IMG/VR virus record: IMGVR_UViG_3300022213_000237
Location: 1 to 64,000 of that record
DNA length: 64,000 nt
Reading direction: 5' to 3' (one strand)
Source: a virus
The notes under the pieces were generated by a model that did no database searches, was not told where the DNA came from, and saw nothing but the letters and a program-made list of their open reading frames with translations. The translations under genes and the position numbers were made by a program. The first letter of the stretch is position 1, and each line of letters begins with the position of its first letter. This document shows positions 57,046-64,000 of this stretch, in pieces.

Positions 57046-59373
57046 TTAAGCAGCATTTTGGACCCCCTCGTCAGACTTCACATATTCGAAGGTATAGCCG
57101 CCAGCGGTTTTATTTTTACCAGTCAATACCTGAGAGATCGAAGTTCTGTGGATGCCCAGAGCGAGCGAAGCTTTCTTTACGCTATTGTATATTGTTTTGT
57201 TTTGGTGACAATATATCTTCACACTTTTAGATTGACTAAGAGTCTGACCTCGGCATTGTGGGCATGTCGTATTGTTACGGGATCTTTTATTAACGTTTCT
57301 AAAACTATTTTCAAATTCGTGCCCAGTCGGACACCTCATCTTAAATGCTGTTGTAGTGTCTGTATAGACCCCAATCCTTTGAATATTCTTTTGTTGTAAT
57401 ACCAAATCTACTTCTTGTTCGGATAACGGGGCATTAGGAATAAAATACAATTCTTTTATCAAATCAGGATACTTTCTATTAGCGATATGATAAACAGCTT
57501 TGTCGTTAGACGATAGTAAGTCTTTGACCGATCTATATTTTTTAAGAATAGAATAGACCTCATCTTGTGTTCTTTGACGAATACGGTTTGGAAAGACTTC
57601 ATTTACCAAGCCTTCATGGTATTTGCAGGCTGCAACATAGGCACCTGGTGACAGCGCTTTTGCTTCTTTAAGAGTGGGGTGCTTCTGTAATTCTTCTTTA
57701 CAGTTTTCTCGATTATTTCTCCAATGTCCCGGCTCAACAGACAACTTGCTCCAGTTAGGTAGAATGGTATACAGTTTTTTTAAAAAATCATTACATGAAG
57801 CGTTCTTGGACCATCGGTACCATCTAACGCTTTCTTGAAGACCCTCAGGAAAATCACTCTTAGTTGCTTTATAATCTTCAAACTTACCCGCCTCTTCTTT
57901 CTCCTTCCTCAATTTTCGTGCAAACACCAAAATCTTCTCTTTAGTCTCCTCAACCCGCGCAAACTCCTCAGACATCCATCGCTTAGTCTCAGTAAACGTG
58001 CTCCAGGCATAGGGTTCAAATTCACCGTGGTCGACATGCTTAAGGTCTTGGAACGTATAAAACCGAGGTAGATTGACTTTAGGTGGTGTTTTAGGTCGTT
58101 CGTTCTTTTCTCCGTTACCGCGTTGCTCACGAACAACCCGCTCGATGTCACCAGCAACCGGAATAGCTCTATGCTTCCATGAACCATCGTAAGCTTCAAA
58201 TACCTTCCGCGTACCCATGGCCATCACAAAGGACATAACGTGGTGAGTTAAAGGCGCTGTTGCCGTGGGAGTGACTTTGATGAAGAGTTTTTCTTCTTTG
58301 GGTTTCTTCTCGGAGACGCGAACCAACCTACATAGAGCCTGGAAGTTCTTGTCAGGATTCATGGTGCAGCTAATGTCTACGATATTAAACAGTTCAGTGT
58401 AGTCAAAACCCAAAGTTGCTCGATTCACAACAATCAAAACCGGTTCGGGGCCGGTTTTAAACTGCGTGACATTAGCGCTGTCTTTGTCTGAATCTGACGT
58501 CGACACCAATGCATCGATACCAAAGCTTTTGAGCACCCTCTTGGCTGCATACGCCTGACTTTGTCGGTTACAAATGACCAGAGTCTTTTGCAAATGTCGT
58601 TCAAAGAACGCCTTGGCGGCATTACCCAATACACCCTTATTCCAGTTCGGAGTCTTGACGGGATGTTTAAGCCGTTTTACAAACAAATCACATAGTTTAG
58701 CAAAGCTATCAGTGAGTGCTAACCTAACCTGCTCGTCGGTCATCTCGACTTCTTGTCGTAGATCCTCGTCGCCGTTGTAATCGTCCATCGTAAACGGTAG
58801 CGCCGTCTGTACTAATTCAATGTAAGGGTCCTTCAATACTTCATAATCAAGCAATTCGCATGCCGTTACACAGCGCATGGGGAAGTTCTTAGCCTTAATG
58901 AAGGGGCTGGGAGTACCGGTAAGACAAAGAACCTTGGCGCGTGGATTCTTCTTAATGAATCTCTGTACCATTCCGTCTTCTTTGTCCGTGTCTTTGGCAA
59001 AGAAAAAGTGGTGCGCTTCGTCTACTACGATAAGTCCGTAATCGGTCGGAATCTTCCTCATTTTGAAGAAGTGTGGAATTGCGACCTGGATTTGTGCGTC
59101 TACTGGCGCACACGTCAATTCCGCAAAAGAATATTTCACTTCCAGGCGCTCAAGACGTTCGTAGAACTGCTCTCGCAGTACGGTTTGGCCGTGGGCAAAC
59201 ACCAACACTTTGGATGTGGGATTATCGCGCAAGAAGCGTTTAATAATCTCAATTGCCATGTTGGTCTTGCCGGCACCGGGCGTGGCAGCAAGTACGGCAC
59301 CACCAGAGGGGTCAGTTTTTATAAGTTCGTAGACTTCACCAACTAGCTTATCTTGGTAACTGTAATCAGTCAT
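57046..59373 (-). CDS. SF2 (DEAH) helicase fused to homing-endonuclease-type DNA-binding modules
   Basis: ATPGAGKT, DEAHH, LTGTP, Q..CR..R; C-terminal CP.GH...CPQC and NUMOD1-like HTH; TTGACT-17-TATAAA promoter. Confidence 0.8.
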   Translation of the reverse strand: MTDYSYQDKLVGEVYELIKTDPSGGAVLAATPGAGKTNMAIEIIKRFLRDNPTSKVLVFAHGQTVLREQFYERLERLEVKYSFAELTCAPVDAQIQVAIPHFFKMRKIPTDYGLIVVDEAHHFFFAKDTDKEDGMVQRFIKKNPRAKVLCLTGTPSPFIKAKNFPMRCVTACELLDYEVLKDPYIELVQTALPFTMDDYNGDEDLRQEVEMTDEQVRLALTDSFAKLCDLFVKRLKHPVKTPNWNKGVLGNAAKAFFERHLQKTLVICNRQSQAYAAKRVLKSFGIDALVSTSDSDKDSANVTQFKTGPEPVLIVVNRATLGFDYTELFNIVDISCTMNPDKNFQALCRLVRVSEKKPKEEKLFIKVTPTATAPLTHHVMSFVMAMGTRKVFEAYDGSWKHRAIPVAGDIERVVREQRGNGEKNERPKTPPKVNLPRFYTFQDLKHVDHGEFEPYAWSTFTETKRWMSEEFARVEETKEKILVFARKLRKEKEEAGKFEDYKATKSDFPEGLQESVRWYRWSKNASCNDFLKKLYTILPNWSKLSVEPGHWRNNRENCKEELQKHPTLKEAKALSPGAYVAACKYHEGLVNEVFPNRIRQRTQDEVYSILKKYRSVKDLLSSNDKAVYHIANRKYPDLIKELYFIPNAPLSEQEVDLVLQQKNIQRIGVYTDTTTAFKMRCPTGHEFENSFRNVNKRSRNNTTCPQCRGQTLSQSKSVKIYCHQNKTIYNSVKKASLALGIHRTSISQVLTGKNKTAGGYTFEYVKSDEGVQNAA

Positions 59374-59421
59374 AAGGTATTTATACCGTACCGACTGGAT
59401 CTAGTCAAGGATCTTCAACTT

Positions 59422-61800
59422 TCAACGAGAAGAGGTTCCCTTGCCATCACAGGTTTGGCATAAACGAGAACAACCATGTGAGCCATCGAACCATGTGCCC
59501 TCACCGCGACACTCCTTACAATACCGGCGGTGCTTCGCCGTATTGATTTGAATCTGGCCAACCACGTCTTCAATGCAGTCGTGCAATAGACGACGAACAT
59601 CGTGCATGTTGTCGCCAAACTCGGACGCCTTGTCGTGCGCCTTGTCGAGGAGCTTTAGAAGCGCGTCGAGGTTCTGGTTTTCTTCGACTTTAGTTTTCAT
59701 GTTTCCTCCGGTCTACGTGCGCCATCAAGGATTTCTAATCCGGTCTTAATGGCATCAATAAAGGTCCAACCCGCTGGCGTCTTGGCTTTCATACTCGCGG
59801 GACGATTAATATTCTCGTAGGCGCGATAGAAGCGGTCAAACTCTACGTCTCGGGCCATAAACTCTTTGACGTCTTCGGGTTTCACCCCGCCACCAGGAAG
59901 TAGGCAACTGCTGAATAGGAAAGAACCGCAAAGAGAACAGCAAGCACAGCTAAGTCGATAACGTTGCGTAGGTTCATACCTCTAAACTAGCCTGTGGATC
60001 TGTTTCGGACCATAAATCTCCAGACTCGAACTCACGATCAGCTACAGCCCACCACAAAACACCTTGTTCTTCGCCAACTAATTTTTGGGTAAGCCAATCC
60101 TTTTGCTGGGTGTTTACGAAATAAATCGTTTGTCCAATTGGAGGAATCTTATAAGGCATGTCTGACATATCGTACAATTTGGTGGTGAATTGTCCATTTT
60201 ATCGGACAATCAAGACAAACAGGCAATAGAGGTCGTCGTTCATTTGCTATCCCCGATCGCTTTGGCGATGGCGGTGGCAATGGCATCGTCCAACAGCGAA
60301 CTGCCGCCACGAGTCTCATCTAAAAGAGATGGACACTCTCCCTTGACGAGCGCCACCAACTCCTCAAGGCACGCAAGCAAATCCGGTGCGGCGGCAATGA
60401 GGCGCGCGTTGGCTTCGTCCGGGTCTCGAATCGCTGCGACGGTTCCGTAAGCCGAGACCACATCCCATCGAAGCATTCGATGAAGGTCTACAGCCACGGG
60501 CCCGCTTCCCAAAATCACCTTCGACACCGCTTTCCACGGCCCAGGCGTAAATTTTGCGCTCACAGCACACCGCCTCTCAACTTAGCCACGGCCACCACCT
60601 GCTGGGCGGCGCGTACCCAGTTCTCGGGCGTAAGGCTCCAGGCCTCGCACGCGATTCTCATCTTGCACAATTCATTGAATCGGGTGTTAGTGGCGTCGGC
60701 AGGCGCAAATTTTGCGCTCATGGCCTTCCATTCCTTGCGTAGTGAGGAGAACTCCGCGCGTTGCTCAAGCAGCAACACCATCTCGTTATAAGCGGTTTCG
60801 ATCGCGTTCTCGTGTTGGAACTGAAGGGCTTCTAGCTCTGCTGGATCGTTGTAATAAAGTGTCATGGTGTAGTTATACAGGATCTTGTGGGGTTGTGTCA
60901 AGCTCTTCTTCCCATGCGGGATTGATTATCTCCATGTCGAGAAAATCCTGTAGCATCGCAAAGGAACTGACCGTGTATCCAATCTTCATGTGAAATTCGG
61001 CATACTCTCGTTGGGTGAGAACCTTCTTCGTGTGGTAGTCGAGACGTAGCTTATTCAAGTCGATTACGCCACCGTCCACAAGCTTGGAGAGCAGTGGGTC
61101 GGGGACAAAACGCTGTTGACCCTTTTCGTCGAAATACGTCGTATAATGGTCTTTGCCGACCTTGACCATGACGTATACCGGCGATTCTGGTACTTCCGCT
61201 TTGGCCATCTTGTACAGAGCCATCACAAAGTTCACAAAATTGTCTTCATTGTAGAAGGGGTCGGCGTCAGTGCCACTGATCTTCTCGTACATCTCCGCAT
61301 CAAAGCCGTATAGCGCATTCATGAAAAACTGACCAGGCCGTTGACCGTTTAACGCCATTTCTAGCTGTGTCCATTTGTCTTGCGTGGCTTCAAACCAGGC
61401 TTTGACTTCGCTGAGAGTTTTCATTTGTTTCTCGTCCTGAATGCGTGTATGACTTCGGTCTCTAACTCGGTGCGGAAGGAGCAAAAGTCGCCGTCAATGG
61501 AGTATTCACGTTCCTGCTGTTTCCTCACAACGGAAAGCGTTTTGAGGAGAATGATGATTGGTATGAGGGTGAACACCACAATCACGATATCGACGAAGTT
61601 CATACTTCCTCTACTAGATCAATTACGAGTTCGTCGTCAAGTTCCTCGGCAATCATTTCTCCTAATGTGGCCGCACGTTTTGCGCGTTCATTTAATTCGA
61701 TCATGATCGCCATTGGAGACCAACCCATGGCGCCCAGCACTCTAACGGCTTCGTCGAAAGTAACTTTGTCCATGGTCAATGCATAGCTTGTGATCGTCAC
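59422..61800 (-). other. Cluster of small hypothetical genes, including an FTPGPW...ANARLIAAAPDL family gene (60240-60563)
   Basis: Packed ORFs; sigma70 promoter at 60896-60901 gives start 60865. Confidence 0.5.
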
Positions 61801-61836
61801 TTGACTTCCGATAAAATGTTTTGTATAAAGGTACCC

Positions 61837-62142
61837 ATGACCGCATATCTCACCGGAAATTCTCTTTCTCTCGGTATTAGTCGCATTTCAAGTGGTTTTC
61901 TCGTCGAGGACGTTAACTCGGAACGGGCACGCCCAAATCGCGGGTACCACGACTACAATCGCAGACTTACGGTCTGGGGCTTTGCTAAGATAAAAATTGA
62001 CGCCCTAGCTGCGGAACAGCTTGCGGACGTCACCAAGCCTTTGTATATGTGGCAACGTGAAGTGTCTCGTATAACCTACGTTGTTGGTGATGTAACCTTC
62101 ACCGAAATACTCATCAACTACGGTTACGATTCGGGGGATTAA
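61837..62142 (+). CDS. Hypothetical early protein
   Basis: TTGACT(61801)-17-TATAAA-ggtaccc-ATG. Confidence 0.6.
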   Translation: MTAYLTGNSLSLGISRISSGFLVEDVNSERARPNRGYHDYNRRLTVWGFAKIKIDALAAEQLADVTKPLYMWQREVSRITYVVGDVTFTEILINYGYDSGD

Positions 62143-62145
62143 TCG

Positions 62146-62937
62146 TTACGGTACCTTAATTAGGTTTTCTACGAACGACCGATCTTCTTTGAAGATGGGT
62201 GTGACGTTGGGCACGTACCATTCAGAACGCTCAATATATACGGGACCTTCTATTTTGGAAAGGAATTGACCGTTCACAGTAATTTCAGCCCGTGCGGCCA
62301 ATTCTTTTCGGACCTTGCGTTTAACCACGACTCGACCGTCTTTGGTATGGGAATCTAGCGCCGCCCAGTTAAACCCCTTTTGGAAACACATCTCGTGCTG
62401 CTCGGCACGACTTTTGCCGTGTAGCTCTTTGGGAGAATACAGAGATTGCGCAAGCATGGCAAGGCTGTTACGGTTCCAATCTTGTTGCCGCCAGATAAAA
62501 TAATTGTTGACTTCGTGTTCTGGTAGAACAAAAGCGCGGGCATCGAATACAGCTTCTTTAACCACTGGTCCGGGGAAGAGTCGAGGACTGAGAGTTGTCA
62601 TCTTGGCAGAAGCAGTGGCAGCGGCTACAGACACCATCTTTTGTAGGTTGTTATCAAACCAAGGCGAGGTATCAATATCTTTGTAATTGACCAATAACAA
62701 CGAGATTTCGTCACTTTGAGTGTACGCCAATACCGTATTCTGGACTTGATCGCAGAGATGTTTGGCGACGTCATTCATGACTGCCATTAAGTCTTTGGCG
62801 TATGGGCGCGCCAAGCCTTTTGTCCAAGTATGGAAGGCTTTGCCGTCCAATCGAATAATCACGGGCAACCGGTTGGGGAGATAATGGCGTGAGGCGCCTT
62901 CATACCGTTTCATCCGGTCCCCGAGAGTATCTTTCAT
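62146..62937 (-). CDS. thg1: tRNA-His guanylyltransferase Thg1-like 3'-5' polymerase
   Basis: RLDGKAFH, YTQSDEIS, FDAR, YF.WRQ.D..RN. Confidence 0.92.
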   Translation of the reverse strand: MKDTLGDRMKRYEGASRHYLPNRLPVIIRLDGKAFHTWTKGLARPYAKDLMAVMNDVAKHLCDQVQNTVLAYTQSDEISLLLVNYKDIDTSPWFDNNLQKMVSVAAATASAKMTTLSPRLFPGPVVKEAVFDARAFVLPEHEVNNYFIWRQQDWNRNSLAMLAQSLYSPKELHGKSRAEQHEMCFQKGFNWAALDSHTKDGRVVVKRKVRKELAARAEITVNGQFLSKIEGPVYIERSEWYVPNVTPIFKEDRSFVENLIKVP

Positions 62938-63075
62938 GATTTGTTCGTATCTGACTGATCATGCTTCCAATCACGACATTCACGCCGAGAACGCTCTTTA
63001 CGTTGATCCTTAGTAGTATTTGCCTTAGTGGCTCCGTTAATGAGCTTAACTAACAGAACGTCACGGGTTTTAAGC

Positions 63076-63539
63076 TTATTTGGATTTATCGTCTTTGGTT
63101 TCATTACGTAATCCCTTAACTCTCATAACTCGACGTTCTTCAGCCTTGCTAGCAAATTCGTATGTTTTGATTTCGCCATCACTATCTGCCACTAGAAAGG
63201 GATTTTGTTCAATACCGGTAAAAAACAATATTGACCCCTTTGACGGGATGAGAGCGGTGACTTCACCTATTTTATTACCTACGGCTACAAACATTCCTAT
63301 TTTAATGTCTTTAGCTTTCATAGGGATCTTGTATCAGATTGATTGCGTCTTGTCAAGATCTTATACTCGGAATATGTTAGCTTAATTTCGCATCTTACGC
63401 ACATATAATAACCGGCGACACGGATTGCGAACGGCAGATCTCTTGGATCTTCTGGTAATTTTCTGTCAGGAAACATTTGATTATAACGTTTAACGGAAAT
63501 ATCTCCACCAGGGATTATTAGCCATTCATGCTCGCACAT
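63076..63539 (-). other. Two small hypothetical genes (63076-63321, 63318-63539)
   Basis: ORFs; TTGACA promoter at 63351-63356. Confidence 0.5.
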
Positions 63540-64000
63540 TCACGGACCCACCTCATCCATCCAAGCGGTATCGCTCATAAGCTTATCGAGATAATCCCAC
63601 ATCTCAAGGTGTTCACCCGAAGAATACAGCTTGGCCGTAAACTCCTCATGCTCTTTACGGTACATTCTGAATAGAGGTGCGTTGCAGGTATGGATGGTAT
63701 GTTCGACGTTTGCAATGCGGTCGGCAAGCTTAAGTTGAGTCGCACCGGGCGTGGCTTTGATTTTAGGGTAAGTTTTAGCCTTACGTTCTTTCCTATTGAC
63801 CCCAGGTTCATCGGTAACTGCCGAAACCAGTTCGGCTACACGTGGACCAAAGAGATCGGCAATGGTCGCACTGGAAACGCCCGTGTCTTCGATAGAGTCA
63901 TGTAGGTATGCGGCACACAGCATGTCCTTATCAGAGACGTGGAACCGCAACGTGAGAGTGTCCACCACTTCGTAAAGATGATAGGAATAAGGGTGGTCAC
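63540..64000 (-). CDS. HD-domain (p)ppGpp hydrolase-like protein (SpoT/Mesh1-type), 5' end outside window
   Basis: PYSYHL.EV, AAYLHDSIEDT, V.AVTD, KLADRIAN; frame open to window edge. Confidence 0.85.
   Translation of the reverse strand, partial: DHPYSYHLYEVVDTLTLRFHVSDKDMLCAAYLHDSIEDTGVSSATIADLFGPRVAELVSAVTDEPGVNRKERKAKTYPKIKATPGATQLKLADRIANVEHTIHTCNAPLFRMYRKEHEEFTAKLYSSGEHLEMWDYLDKLMSDTAWMDEVGP

Noticed and set aside
1-64000. CRISPR array or cas genes
   Set aside because: No repeat-spacer periodicity seen; the mCpol-like domain is not accompanied by cas genes
1-64000. Stop-codon reassignment
   Set aside because: Long genes read intact in code 11, TAA, TAG and TGA all end genes, and no suppressor anticodon was found; tRNA-Leu(TAG) reads CUA

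Overview
The window is part of a large myophage (contractile-tail) genome in standard genetic code; no rRNA, CRISPR array or host housekeeping genes were seen. Layout: (i) 56-15483, a late virion module: multi-domain head-cargo-like proteins, neck/tail-completion genes, tail sheath, a free-standing GIY-YIG endonuclease and tail tube; (ii) 15.8-24.8 kb, 12 tRNA genes, a tmRNA, several unexplained structured RNAs and metabolic/membrane genes; (iii) 25-37.5 kb, tail chaperones, tape measure, hub, spike and a fibre cassette; (iv) 37.5-64 kb, mostly minus-strand small early/middle genes with an embedded late island of fibre/depolymerase genes, plus Rnl2 RNA ligase, Thg1-like polymerase, an SF2 helicase fusion and a partial HD (p)ppGpp-hydrolase-like gene. 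Strongest leads: (1) a three-class promoter grammar read from the intergenic DNA: sigma70 TTGACA-17-TATAAA, a late YAATCT element, and an unfamiliar GATC-N4/5-G-N-TA class at about 17 sites, often with apparently leaderless start codons; (2) late proteins studded with hydrophobic-x-K|S/A/G motifs at domain borders, suggesting protease-diced injected enzyme cargo (GNAT-ParB-GNAT-kinase, and a catalytically degenerate mCpol); (3) a 55-nt tRNA mimic missing an arm and other structured RNAs; (4) three fibre genes sharing an N-terminal docking helix. All domain calls come from reading motifs by eye and all RNA folds are manual; no database search was run.
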